A stretch of DNA of 64,000 nt from assembly GCA_950097015.1 (NCBI GenBank), contig CATNEN010000029.1, positions 6,200,001 through 6,264,000 of the forward strand. The letters are read 5' to 3'. Below are positions 52,005 to 63,637 of the stretch, piece by piece. The position numbers and the translations under genes were made by a program. Each line of letters opens with the position of its first letter. Within the stretch, counting starts at the first letter, position 1. Below the pieces are notes generated by a model, which was given only the letters and a program-made list of their open reading frames with translations, made no database searches and was not told the DNA's origin. Source of the DNA: Macrostomum hystrix (lineage: Eukaryota; Animalia; Platyhelminthes).

Positions 52005-52872
52005 CTCCCGCGACTAATCTATCCCCTGCCTCATCTCTCCCCTGTCTCATCTCTCCCCTGTCTCATTCTCATCTCTCCCCTGTCTCATCTCTCACGTGTC
52101 TCATCTCTCACGTGTCTCATCTCTCTACTGTCTCATCTCTCACGTGTCTCATTTCTCCCCTGTCTCATCTCTCTCCTGTCTTATCTCTCACGTGTCTCAT
52201 CTCTCCCGCGACTAATCTCTCCCCTGCCTCATCTCTCCCCTGTCTCATCTCTCACGTGTCTCATCTCTCCCCTGCCTCATCTCTCTCCTGTCTCATCTCT
52301 CACGTGTCTCATCTCTCCCCTGCCTCATCTCTCTCCTGTCTCATCTCTCACGTGTCTCATCTCTCCCCTGTCTCATCTCTCCCCTGTATCATCTCTCCCC
52401 TGTCTTATCTCTCCCCTGTCTCATCTCTCCCCTGTCTCATCTCTCACGTGTCTCATCTCTCCCCTGCCTCATCTCTCTCCTGTCTCATCTCTCACGTGTC
52501 TCATCTCTCCCCTGTCTCATCTCTCCCCTGTATCATCTCTCCCCTGCCTCATCTCTCCCCTGTCTCATCTCTCACGTGTCTCATCTCTCCCCTGCCTCAT
52601 CTCTCTCCTGTCTCATCTCTCACGTGTCTCATCTCTCCCCTGTCTCATCTCTCCCCTGTATCATCTCTCCCCTGTCTTATCTCTCCCCTGTCTCATCTCT
52701 CCCCTGTCTCATCTCTCCCCTGTCTCATCTCTCCCCTGTCTCATCTCTCTCCTGTCTCATCTCTGCCCTGTCTCATCTCTTCCCTGCCAAATCTGTCCCA
52801 TGTATATTATTCTGGCCCGTGTCTAGTCTCTCCCGTGTCTAGTCTATCCCGTGTCTAGTCTCTACCGTGTCT
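52005..52872. repeat. 17-bp C/T-rich array (ctgtctcatctctcccc)
   Basis: About 50 copies in TRIM9 intron 1. Confidence 0.95.
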
Positions 52873-53000
52873 AATTTAACACTGTAAGTGATTTCCTACC
52901 CGTGAAGCAGATAGAAACTGGATTTAGCAAGCCTTTTTGTTTTCACTTGAAGGTGTGGGAGCAGGAAATACTGAGGACCCAGAAGGCAGTCCAAACGAAC

Positions 53001-53741
53001 CTTTCTAGCCTTGCAGCAGGCCTGCAGTGGTTCCAGCTCGTGTCCAGCGTGACCAGGGCAAACTGCGCACAGAGGGGTGCTGCAGGTGCGACAGTACAGT
53101 GTCAGCTGCTCCTGCCTGTGCTGCGAACAATGCGCAGCTCTGCGAAGCTGCTTCTGGCTCAGCAGCTCCCGACCCATTGCCGCTGGAAGCAGATTGTGCT
53201 GCTGCTGCTGCTGCTGGCCGTGCACCCTAGATGAGCACTGGTCGCAGAAGTACATCTCGCACTGCTCGCAAACTGTCGTAGCGGACACCTCCTCGACAGT
53301 GGCGCCACCGCATCCGCCAGTGTCGCACACTGAGCACAGTATGAGCTGGTTTGAGGCTGTGTGCCTAGAAATCAGTCGCTCCAGTGCCGGATTCCTCGGC
53401 GGCAAGGTGGCTTGCGGCAGAGACATCGGACGCCGGCAGCTCGGACAAAGGAAACCGACGCCGCCGCTAGAACCGCTAGATGAGGCCGACGATGGCAAGG
53501 ACACGCCAGAGTCGGCTTCGGACAGTACGGAGGCCTGGTCCGAGGCGTCGAATGAGGCTTCCGCTGGCTGCGTTTGCTGCTGCATCGATTGCGACGGAGT
53601 CGACTGCGACTGCTGCTGCTGAAGGATGCCCAGACAGCAGGTGCTGCACAATGAGTGGCCGCAGAGCAGTAAAACTGGCTGATTCAGCCATCGACGACAG
53701 AGCGGGCATTTGAGCTCGCACTCCAATTGTCTGCTGGTCAT
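53001..53741 (-). CDS. TRIM9: TRIM9/TRIM67 (MADD-2-like) E3 ligase, exon 1: RING, B-box1, B-box2
   Basis: MTSRQLECELKCPLC...LCGHSLC...CPSC is the RING, CEQCEMYFCDQCSSRVH is B-box1 and CSQH..EQLTLYCRTCSTPLCAVC..HAGH is B-box2. Donor AAG|gttcgt, phase 0. Confidence 0.93.
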
Positions 53742-54021
53742 TTCTCTAGTCTGTTACTTTCAGATCTAGTTTATCCTATTAAAATTTTGCTCTGTAGCAG
53801 CTGTCTAGCTGGCTTCGTTATGCCTCAGTGAAATAGAATAATCTGGAGTCTATAAAAAGCGATCACTGTGAGAAATAGAGCGTGAATGTGAACCAATGGA
53901 CAAGCTGCTAGAGTCCTTCAAATCTGATTGGCTGCAGGCCTGGCATAGCAACTTCATTTTGTCATTTTTCGACGCATACTACTAACTGGCCTGGTTGTTA
54001 AAGTAGCTTACGGGAATAACG

Positions 54022-54095
54022 AGAGAAGGTTGTAGCCGAGTGGTTAGAGCTTTGGAATCCTCACCGAGAGGTTTGAAGTTCGAATCTCAGCGATG
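54022..54095 (+). mobile_element. tRNA-like Pol III head (SINE 5' end)
   Basis: gtagccgagtggttagagc (A-box) ... gaagttcgaatctc (B-box). No clean acceptor stem, so not called a tRNA. Confidence 0.55.
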
Positions 54096-54104
54096 GGAAA
54101 AGCA

Positions 54105-55152
54105 ATCCCACTTCCTCCAGTCATTCACTGTGTCAGCAGTCCCATTTCCTTCAGTCATTCACTGTGTCAGCAGTCCCATTTCCTTCAGTCATTCACTGTT
54201 TCAGCAGTCCCATTTCCTTCAGTCATTCACTGTGTCAGCAGTCCCATTTACTCACAGTCATTCACTGTGTCAGCAGTCCCATTTCCTCACAGTCATTCAC
54301 TGTGTCAGCGGTCCTGTTTCCTCACAGTCATTCACTGTGTCAGCAGTCCCATTTCCTCACAGTCATTCACTGTGTCAGCAGTCCCATTTCCTCACAGTCA
54401 TTCACTGTGTCAGCAGTCCCATTTCCTCACAGTCATTCACTGTGTCGGCAGTCCAATGGCCTCACAGTCATTCACTGTGTCGGCAGTCCAATGGCCTCAC
54501 AGTCATTCACTGTGTCGGCAGTCCAATGGCCTCACAGTCATTCACTGTGTCGGCAGTCCAATGGCCTCACAGTCATTCACTGTGTCAGCGGTCCCATTTC
54601 ATCCAGTCATTCACTGTGTCAGCAGTCCCATTTCCTCACAGTCATTCACTGAGTCAGCAGTCCCATTTCCTCACAGTCATTCACTGAGTCAGCAGTCCCA
54701 TTTCCTCACAGTCATTCACTGTGTCAGCAGTCCCATTTCCTCACAGTCATTCACTGTGTCAGCAGTCCCATTTCCTCACAGTCATTCACTGTGTCGGCAG
54801 TCCAATGGCCTCACAGTCATTCACTGTGTCGGCAGTCCAATGGCCTCACAGTCATTCACTGTGTCGGCAGTCCAATGGCCTCACAGTCATTCACTGTGTC
54901 GGCAGTCCAATGGCCTCACAGTCATTCACTGTGTCGGCAGTCCAATGGCCTCACAGTCATTCACTGTGTCGGCAGTCCAATGGCCTCACAGTCATTCACT
55001 GTGTCGGCAGTCCAATGGCTTCACAGTCATTCACTGTGTCGGCAGTCCAATGGCCTCACAGTCATTCACTGTGTCGGCAGTCCAATGGCCTCACAGTCAT
55101 TCACTGTGTCGGCAGTCCAATGGCCTCACAGTCATTCACTGTGTCAGCAGTC
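54105..55152. repeat. 35-bp array (cagtcattcactgtgtcggcagtccaatggcctca)
   Basis: About 30 copies in two variant types. Confidence 0.96.
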
Positions 55153-57379
55153 TTATTTCCTCCAAAGAAAAGAAAAATAGGAATTCAAAGCAAAGTGTTT
55201 GTCAACATCTATAAAATATTTGGTCAGACAGTAAGTGACAGTGGAATAATGGTCTAGATCAGCTATAAATCTAGCCGTAGTTAATCGTCTAGTTTTAATT
55301 GTGGTCGCTGGATTCACAGAACAATCTGTGAATCCAGTTCCGTTGCTGCTGCTTCCGTTCAGTTTGTAACAATAAAGAATAAAAAAACGGGCACTAATAT
55401 GATCTCACTGTGGTCTTTAGGCTGACTAACGTACCTCACAAAACACCTCCCTGGCAATGCAGCTCAATTTAAGGATTTGTCACTTCTGGTTTCAGCTTTC
55501 TAAGTTCAGATGATTTATTACTCTTATATTCATGCTGCGGCATGCAGAAACGCCAGCTGCAAAGAAATGGTGAAGAACCGGAAGCAGAGATATCTGAGTT
55601 GCGAATCGGTTCCCACCCCGACCATTTATTTCGGTGCCAAAAGTTCCGGAATTCCAATAAAGCACGCGCCGACTGGAGTCGGTACTGAAAAAATATAAAA
55701 AGAGGAAAAGAAGATAAATGACAGAAGTGACAGTTGTCTATACCTTCACCAGCCAGTCAGAAAAGAATATTTGAGCCACGAGAACTTCTCAGGCCCTTTA
55801 GTTTCCTTCCTGCATGGTGTCTGTCTCGTGCTGAAATTGTTTTTCATCAGGCTATGCTTAACCGCTAGACATTGTGTCCTGCTGCAAGTGCTATGCGGGT
55901 GTTGATCAGCGGGTGTCGCTTGGCTCCAAGCAATCTTTGGAGGCTTCCATATGCTAAGTGTGTTTGCTGCTTCTATTGAGTTAATAGATTTCATGCGGTT
56001 ATGGTCTGGTCTGCAGCCCGGGCCTTCATCTCGGAACCCTGAATGCAGCCCACCCCTGCATGGCTGCCTCGTGTTGGCAGCTGCTTTGCTTTCTGCGAGA
56101 AAAAAATAAATTCAGGATTCAGAAATAAATTTAAACCATGAGAAGCAGTGTGAGTTTTATGCATGGCCTTTGTGTTGGCTCGCATTGAATTAGTTTGCGT
56201 TGAGCAGTGGTAATTAAATCTTCAAGTTGAGTTGAGAAATAGAAAATAGGAAAAGAGAAAGTATATAGATTGCGACCCTCAATCAGTCAATCTAAGCTTT
56301 ATTCAACAATCCTCATCTATCTTTCTTTCCGTCCTTTTATTAATTGTCTGTGTCTCTAGCAATCTGAATTCGTATAAATATATACGCTCGTTCTGAATAC
56401 TCTGTTCTGAATGAAAACTTCATTATATTTATATTCATTCTGTTTCTGTCTAGCTCGATCGTTAGCACTGCCTAGTTGAGATCATCACGCGGTTTGTTTG
56501 CATTACCATCTGCAATATGTTATTTTCTTCGATCGAAGCACGCACCATGCCGTTTCTCTATCTGCATGGAGACAAGGTCTTATAAGCTGATATTCAAGCA
56601 TTGGAGGGTCCACAAATTCTATAAATCTTAGCCATAAAGCAATCTACAGGAAATGTACAGATTACGTAATCGAATTTGCAGTCCATGCATCGGATCTGAG
56701 GCACGCTTAAACCAATATATGATTTTTCGAGGCAACGTATAGAGTCTAAAAAAGATTTGTTTATTCTGCTTATCGCACAGCTCACATGCGGGTGACAATA
56801 GTGAAACCGAGAGCAATGGTCTCTAGCTAAGGCTTGGTGCGGATATACGTATATATTATCACCGCAGCTGCTTTGGGGTACTACATCGAATCTGCGATAT
56901 TAAAACCAATCTGCTACTGTGCATCACGATTCGGATTTTATTGCGCACTATTCATCGGCAAGAATAAATTAAGCCCAATAATTATGGCCTTCGACCTAAA
57001 CTTTTACTTCGCACCGAATAGCCAACTCAATTAATAAGTCGTCGTAAATAAAAAATAATATACATAAAAAAACAGAAATATACTACTCGTAGTTAAAAAC
57101 AAGTCTTTTTTCATATCCAGGACAAAAAACAACGATTTTGCTTCGTATTCTTGAACAGCAACCTTTAACCAACTCGAATCGAGGCAGACTATCCCGGCAA
57201 ATAGGTCAAACTAAACATTTAATTCTTATGCTCAGAAAATTTATAATTTTTTATATAATTTAAAATTTATAAGGAAAATTTTAGCAGGTGTTCAGGATTT
57301 TCATGACGATTGGTTTTTTGAAGATTCAGAAAATAAAATTGCTGGGATTTAAAATATCCCACCGTGGTCTTTCTACTGT

Positions 57380-57480
57380 TAAGAGCGTAAATTGCTCGAC
57401 AAGCCACCAAGCCTTCTCCCTGCGGCGCCGCGCCAAATGAATGTGGCCTCGCCGCGGAATCAAGCGTAGGGACATTGGTG
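57380..57480 (+). promoter_or_regulatory. Candidate PCID2 promoter GC patch with an E2F-like site
   Basis: Short GC-rich island in AT-rich DNA about 300 nt upstream of the ATG. gcgccaaa at 57430-57437 is the reverse complement of TTTGGCGC. Confidence 0.25.
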
Positions 57481-57741
57481 CGAAAGACAAACGAAAATGG
57501 TAAATTATCAATGGTAATTTTTTTCAAATTGGAAAGCAAAGATGCATTTTTATGTATCAATGCAGTCGCAGTACTTGCCAGGCAAAAATACAATGTTTGA
57601 AGTCGTTATAGTACGTTGATCTACAATTTAAAATTAGCTCATGATGTGGCACAGATTCAAAACTCCAGGTCTAGGCAATAAATCCCTTAGTACTAATAAA
57701 TCTAATTTAGTCTGTTATTCAGTTCCATCACATTCTAAACC

Positions 57742-57780
57742 ATGGCTGCCTTTCTTCGACTGGACTCATATCTAGACACG
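57742..57780 (+). CDS. PCID2: PCID2 exon 1
   Basis: accATG GCT...: MAAFLRLDSYLDT|gtatga, resembling human MAHITINQYLQQ. Phase 0. Confidence 0.78.
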
Positions 57781-59665
57781 GTATGAATGAATAGTTCTTC
57801 AGTAATGATAAAATTTATACTTTTAATGCCTGTTTTATTTAATTCAAGGTTAAAAATTCAGTTAATGATGCAGCACAAAAGCATTGTAAATTTTAAAATT
57901 ATATATAAAACTGCAAATTACAACTATTGGTAACAGTAGACATTTACATTGTGGTAAATATTATTTTATGTATACTCATAGTCATACCATATCTAGCTAA
58001 GTACTATCTCAACTTGTCCTATGCATTGTAATTGTCAGAAGAATACATCATTGTACTTTGAGTTACATAAAAAGTTGCAGATGGATTTGATATTTATTCC
58101 TAATAATATTTGGCCTAGCTGCATTCACATTTTGCTAACTAGCTATGCCAGTGTAGGACCAAGACTGCCACACACAAAGACTACCACTCACCAGGGTGTG
58201 GGTCAGGGGGAATAACTGATGATCTTCTATTGGATAACTTGGGTGGGTAGATGTGAGGTTGGTGGCAGCTGGGGGTTTACTGGCAGTCAAGTTATTCTAT
58301 TTAAAATCTGGGGCAAAAACGAAACAGTTATTTCTCAGGTTTTCAGGCTCTTACTTTTAGAGGGCAACAAAAATATTTCTCTGTAAAAATATTCTGACTT
58401 AGCGGCAGGGAGCCTCCATGACGGACGGAGCGAGGACGCGGCTGATGCCGCCCATATTGCTAACCCCTGGCAGCTATAAAAATATTAGAAGATACTTTAA
58501 CCATTTCAAAGCAGCACTTTCAATTCCAATTTAGAATTTTCGGGTTTTGTGGTGACTTTCTCTTATCTATAGAGCTAGTCAGAGCTGTGGCAGTCTTGGT
58601 GATGTATTGCTATGCCATGCTAGTCTAAAATGCCTATTTTTTTAATATGTAAAAGATCTTAACAAAAGCTTTATGAAGCCTATAAAATGCAGGTAACTTA
58701 ATGTTTTTAAAATTATATTTACCCCTTTCAGCCAAGTTTCAAAACATGTCAGTGGTAAACACTTTAACCAAGACCAAGTATGTTGCCTAGTGCCTACCAA
58801 GTGCTCTAACCCATCCTTATAATAAAAAATACCCCTACCAAAAGGTTATTATTTAGTAAAGCCCTGCACCCTTGCTGCACTGTGCTCTGGTGCAACCTTC
58901 TCTGTACTACAATACCACTAGGCCAATCCAATGAGACATTTTCCATAACTGCAAAAAGGCCTTTCGCTGCATTAGGGATAAATTTATCTCAACATTTTAT
59001 AGTTTAGTAAATCATAGTAAATCATCCAAGGCTAAATAAAAAAGAAATACAACTTGCTAGACGTATGTTTGCTTGAGAAAAATAAGTTAATAATAGGCTC
59101 CCTAATGCATGTCAATCAAGCCACTTGATGCTAAGCCTTGAACCTAAACATTAATACTAAGATGACCATTAATCTAATACATACAGATAGGGATAGATGG
59201 TTTGTGGAATAGCATTTTGCTTAACCAAAAAAGATCAAATTAAGTTTACAATTAAGTACTTCCAACACTGGTGACTTGCACCCTAGTACTGTAATGGCAT
59301 TATAGATGCAGCTACTGTTTTTCTTTTTGCATTCAATTTTATAATTCAGAAGAACAGCTAGATACCAGAACTGTGTAAAATAAATTTATTGTTTGGTAAA
59401 GTTTATATTTGTTAAACTGGATTTTTTACTATAAATGTACCTTAGTAATGTACATGTACTTTTAGTTTTAGTTCCCTTAGTAAAGCAATTTGAGGTTGAT
59501 AGATACTGATATTTTTTACTGTTTGCTCCTAATGTTTAATTTACTCTAGCTGTCACCTGTCATTGACTTATGCCTTTAACCTTATATAAGGCTTTTTAGT
59601 TCTGCCTGTGTTAAAGTTTCTTGTTACTGTTAACATTTTCTTGTTTAAAATAAAATGTTTCACAG

Positions 59666-59707
59666 GTGGAAAGAGCAGCTCAAAGGCACGATGGAAGAAC
59701 CCTGGCT
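59666..59707 (+). CDS. PCID2: PCID2 exon 2 (42 nt)
   Basis: cacag|VERAAQRHDGRTLA|gtaagt, resembling VYEAIDSRDGASCA. Confidence 0.85.
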
Positions 59708-59799
59708 GTAAGTTTTGCCATGCTTAATATTAAAGCTGTTCCTTAGGTAAATTGAGCATTATTTTAATGTTAGATCAAATTTTCAATTCCGATTGGTAG

Positions 59800-60151
59800 A
59801 GTTTGCTCAGCCTGAGTCACCCGCACGCCGACAATGATCGCCTGTACTCTGAGAACTCCGAATTGGAGGTGTCCATCCGGGTCAAGCCGCCATGGCAGGA
59901 GGTGGTGGCCACTCACCTACGTGCCGCCTGGTCGCGCCGCCGGGGCGCTCTCGAGGAGGCCTTCGACTGTCAGACAATCATTGTGCAGGCCTTCTCGCGC
60001 GTCTTCCAAGCCATGGACGGCGAGAACTGGCCGCTCCCTGTTATGCTGGCGCTGGTTGTCGACCTGCGCCGTCTGGCTGGCCGTTGCTCCGCAGCCGGGC
60101 TTGGCAAGAAGCGACACGAGCACATGGAAAGAGCTGCCGAATCTATAATGA
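59800..60151 (+). CDS. PCID2: PCID2 exon 3
   Basis: ggtag|SLLSLSHPHA...CQTIIVQAF..FQA...ENWPLPVM...DLR...MERAAESIM-A|gtgcgt, phase 1. Confidence 0.92.
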
Positions 60152-60153
60152 GT

Positions 60154-60416
60154 GCGTAGCCCTTTGGCGTAGCCCTTTGGCGTAGCCCTTTGGCGTAGCC
60201 CTTTGGCGTAGCCCTTTGGCGTAGCCCTTTGGCGTAGCCCTTTGGCGTAGCCCTTTGGCGTAGCCCTTTGGCGTAGCCCTTTGGCGTAGCCCTTTGGCGT
60301 AGCCCTTTGGCGTAGCCCTTTGGCGTAGCCCTTTGGCGTAGCCCTTTGGCGTAGCCCTTTGGCGTAGCCCTTTGGCGTAGCCCTTTGGCGTAGCCCTTTG
60401 GCGTAGCCCTTTGGCG
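60154..60416. repeat. 13-bp perfect array (gcgtagccctttg) in PCID2 intron 3
   Basis: About 20 copies starting 2 nt into the intron. Confidence 0.97.
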
Positions 60417-60464
60417 TAAGCGATGTACTTAACAAATTGTTCGAACCCCCGACCTTCTACGCAG

Positions 60465-60888
60465 GCCTATTTCGCGTATGTGCCAGCGACTCTCGGGCCA
60501 GTATGGAAAAATCAAAGAAGTGGGGCATGATGGGCCTATGTAATCAGCTGTTTAAGATCTACTTTCGCATCAACAAGCTCAACCTGTGCAAGCCCATGGT
60601 TCGGGCCATAGACAATCTGGGCTGGCCCAAAGAGCGATTCAGTTTGGCGCAGTCAATCACCTATAATTACTACACTGGGCGCAAAGCCATCTTCGAGGAC
60701 AGCTTCCAGGATGCCGAGAAGTGCCTGAGCTTCGCCTTTCGTCGCTGTCATCGTCAGGCTAATAATAACAAGCGCCAGATTCTAATCTACCTGATTCCCG
60801 TGCGAATGCTGCTGGGCTCGCTGCCCAGGCAGCAGCTGCTGCGAAAGTACAACCTGATGCAGTTTAGCGGCATCGCCACGGCTGTCAG
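60465..60888 (+). CDS. PCID2: PCID2 exon 4
   Basis: acgcag|GC LFRVCASDSRAS..KSKKWGM...NQLFKIYFRINKLNLCKPM...YYTGRKAIF...NKRQILIYLIPVRMLLG. Phase-2 donor AG|gtgcgc. Confidence 0.95.
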
Positions 60889-61131
60889 GTGCGCGCTGTC
60901 TCTGTACTTTTATATGGTTTTTGCATGTTCTTCTGTTTTAATTTTGTCTCAATAATTATAATTTGCAGGAGGGCTGTGGGCAATGAATTCGGTTTTGAAT
61001 TCTATGCTATCATTATGACTGATGAGTTTTTATTCTTAGACTATTCTTAGACATTAGATGCATTATATGTAACGGCCTACTAGTAGTAGCATATATGAAA
61101 CTAATACAGTTAGTTTCCTTTGTCTTTGTAG

Positions 61132-61324
61132 AAGCGGCAACGTGCTCCAACTGACGCAGGAGATGGAACGAAACGAGCAGTTCTTTATCTCATGCGGCAT
61201 CTACTTAATCCTGGAAAAGCTGCGCATGATCACCTACAGGAATCTTTTCAAAAAGATCTTCATTATCTTGGGCACCTTCCAACTAGACATTGCCGCCTTC
61301 ACAGCTGCGCTCAAATTTCTGCAG
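61132..61324 (+). CDS. PCID2: PCID2 exon 5 (PCI domain)
   Basis: ttgtag|A SGNVLQL...FFISCGIYLILEKLRMITYRNLFKKIF...ALKFLQ|gtgatt. Confidence 0.94.
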
Positions 61325-61621
61325 GTGATTTTTTACAGTGATGTTTAACAGATGTTATGAAAGACTCTAAATAAAAAAATGCTTTCCAAATGCAATTCGA
61401 GAGACACTGGAGACAAAAAGTGAAAAAAGTAGCTTTACAAACCTATTAATTGTAGCTATGTCTTTCAGCGATTTTTAAACCAGAAAGTTACCTTTTACGA
61501 AACTCACAGACAGAAAATAATGACAGGGACGCATACGAGCCTGTATTCTCTTTCAACATCTGGTGGACTACTTCATTGATTTAAAAATTTATTGCATACA
61601 ATTGATTACACCTGCCCAGGC

Positions 61622-61757
61622 ACAGCCCAACTGTGCCCAACTAGAGTTAAGTGAGTTAAGTGACTTGCTAAAGGACACAAATTTTCCCCGCGTAGTCGGG
61701 AATCGAACCCCCGACCAGCAAGTAGTGAGTCTGACGCTCTAATCACTGGCTACAAAC
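61622..61757 (-). mobile_element. SINE copy in PCID2 intron 5 (antisense)
   Basis: Reverse complement tgtagccagtgattagagcgtcagactcac...ggtcgggggttcgattcccgac...tttgtgtcctttagcaagtcacttaac. Confidence 0.78.
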
Positions 61758-61793
61758 ACTTGTGTTTAATTTAAATCCCAAACGTTGTTTCAG

Positions 61794-61940
61794 GTTGAGG
61801 ACATTGACGCCGAGGAGACACAATGCATTCTAACCAATCTGATCTACGATGGCAAAATCAAGGGCTACATTGCCTTCCAGCAGCAGAAACTGGTGGTTAG
61901 CAAGCAACAGGCCTTTCCTTCAATTACTGGCACCAATTGA
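61794..61940 (+). CDS. PCID2: PCID2 exon 6 (stop)
   Basis: ttcag|[48 protein letters not shown]. The six exons sum to 1197 nt = 398 aa. Confidence 0.94.
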   Translation, partial: VEDIDAEETQCILTNLIYDGKIKGYIAFQQQKLVVSKQQAFPSITGTN

Positions 61941-62055
61941 GTGTTTAAAATAATCGCACCTTGACTGTTTATAATACTCATTTGCTTTCTTATTGTTACA
62001 TGCTTTATTTCAAGCTCTATTAGGCCGGTAGATTAGATATCTTACGGACTATAAA

Positions 62056-62512
62056 GGAGCTGGGTGTTGCAGCTCACACACTGAATGAGCTGGGAGTTGC
62101 AGCTCACACACTGAATGAGCTGGGAGTTGCAGCTCACACACTGAATGAGCTGGGAGTTGCTGCTCACACACTGAATGAGCTGGGAGTTGCTGCTCACACA
62201 CTGAATGAGCTGGGAGTTGCAGCTCACACACTGAATGAGCTGGGAGTTGCAGCTCACACACTGAATGAGCTGGGAGTTGCAGCTCACACACTGAATGAGC
62301 TGGGAGTTGCAGCTCACACACTGAATGAGCTGGGAGTTGCAGCTCACACACTGAATGAGCTGGGAGTTGCAGCTCACACACTGAATGAGCTGGGAGTTGC
62401 AGCTCACACACTGAATGAGCTGGGTGTTGCAGCTCACACACTGAATGAGCTGGGTGTTGCTGCTCACACACTGAATGAGCTGGGTGTTGCAGCTCACACA
62501 CTGAATGAGCTG
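62056..62512. repeat. 30-bp array (gagctgggagttgcagctcacacactgaat)
   Basis: About 15 copies with an internal gagctg/cagctc inverted repeat. Confidence 0.96.
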
Positions 62513-63311
62513 TGGTTTGGGGCGTACACAGTCATTTATATGGGCCTAGCCGTATAACAATGATATTGTTTTTCAAATGTCATAAAATCTTGTAATTGAT
62601 CAGCAACAGCTTTTCCAAATAAAATTGCATTGATTGGCAGTTAGCTACGAGTTGGCAGTTAGCTCGTAACTCTGGGACAATTTCTAATGCAAAGCATTTC
62701 TGTATGCAAAATCTACACGTCATATAAATGAATTACACTTTTCTCAGAAATTTTTTGACGGCAAAAAAATCTTGACCATTTTTGCCCTTAAAGTCTTGCA
62801 CTAAAACTACGAAATTTGCCTAACGCTTATCAGTTTTGAAGCAGATATTTTTTGGTCATATTAGATCTTACACAGGGATTAGCACGTCAGCAGTGAAACT
62901 ACGCTCGTTTTGTAGATTCCAGCTGTTTTACAGTAGAAATTAAGCTACAATTATCCAATAGTTTTCTGTCTACAAGTGTGTAAACTGGGAACTTGTTAGT
63001 AAACATGCAGGACACACAGACTGCTGAAGATGTAGCATTTGCAGTCAGGCGGTTGATTTCCGCTACTGATCTTCAACGCTAACCATTGCTATTCTCGATG
63101 CAATTCCATATTTAGAAAATGTGACCTTGCTTTTTAGCTCGACATTCAACTATGGTAAAGCTTTGTGGAAGTGTAACTTAATTAAACAATAAGTCAAGGT
63201 CAAAGTCCTGACGCGTTTATTCTAGGACATAATCCTCTGTCTAGTTAATCCAGCAAATAAATAATACTCATTTAATTAATCCTTCCAATGATTGTCCAAT
63301 TTAACTTGTCC

Positions 63312-63424
63312 CTTGAAGGTCGGGGGTTCGATTCCCGACTCCACTGGAGCAATTTGTGTCCTTGAGCAAGTCACTTAACTCTGCATTGCGTTAGTTCACC
63401 CAGCTGTTAAATGGGTACCAGCAA
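63312..63424 (+). mobile_element. SINE copy (5' truncated)
   Basis: ttgaaggtcgggggttcgattcccgactccact...gcaagtcacttaac...cacccagctgttaaatgggtaccagca. Confidence 0.8.
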
Positions 63425-63637
63425 TCCTACGTCCTTTAAGAAATCACATTATTCTTTTATACAGCTTAGTATTCTATTGAATATTATGAATACTTCGTAA
63501 AATGTTTTCAATTCTGTACAGAGCTGACTGTATGTACATGTGGAGTGCTCAAAGTGAGCATTACAAAGCGCTTAAGATATGCGTATAAGAGATTCACTGT
63601 TCAACATTCAAGCTGCGCTTGCAGTACTCGTATGTTT

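Noticed and set aside
2893-62501. Long repetitive ORFs in the track (e.g. 2893-3939, 15251-16868, 22628-24673, 35826-36389, 52112-52858, 54040-55257, 62042-62501) as proteins
   Set aside because: They are translations of stop-free tandem units, often open in several frames on both strands, and several lie inside introns of identified genes.
2902-62512. CRISPR array interpretation of the regular repeats
   Set aside because: The units are contiguous with no unique spacers, there are no cas genes, and the context is eukaryotic and spliced.
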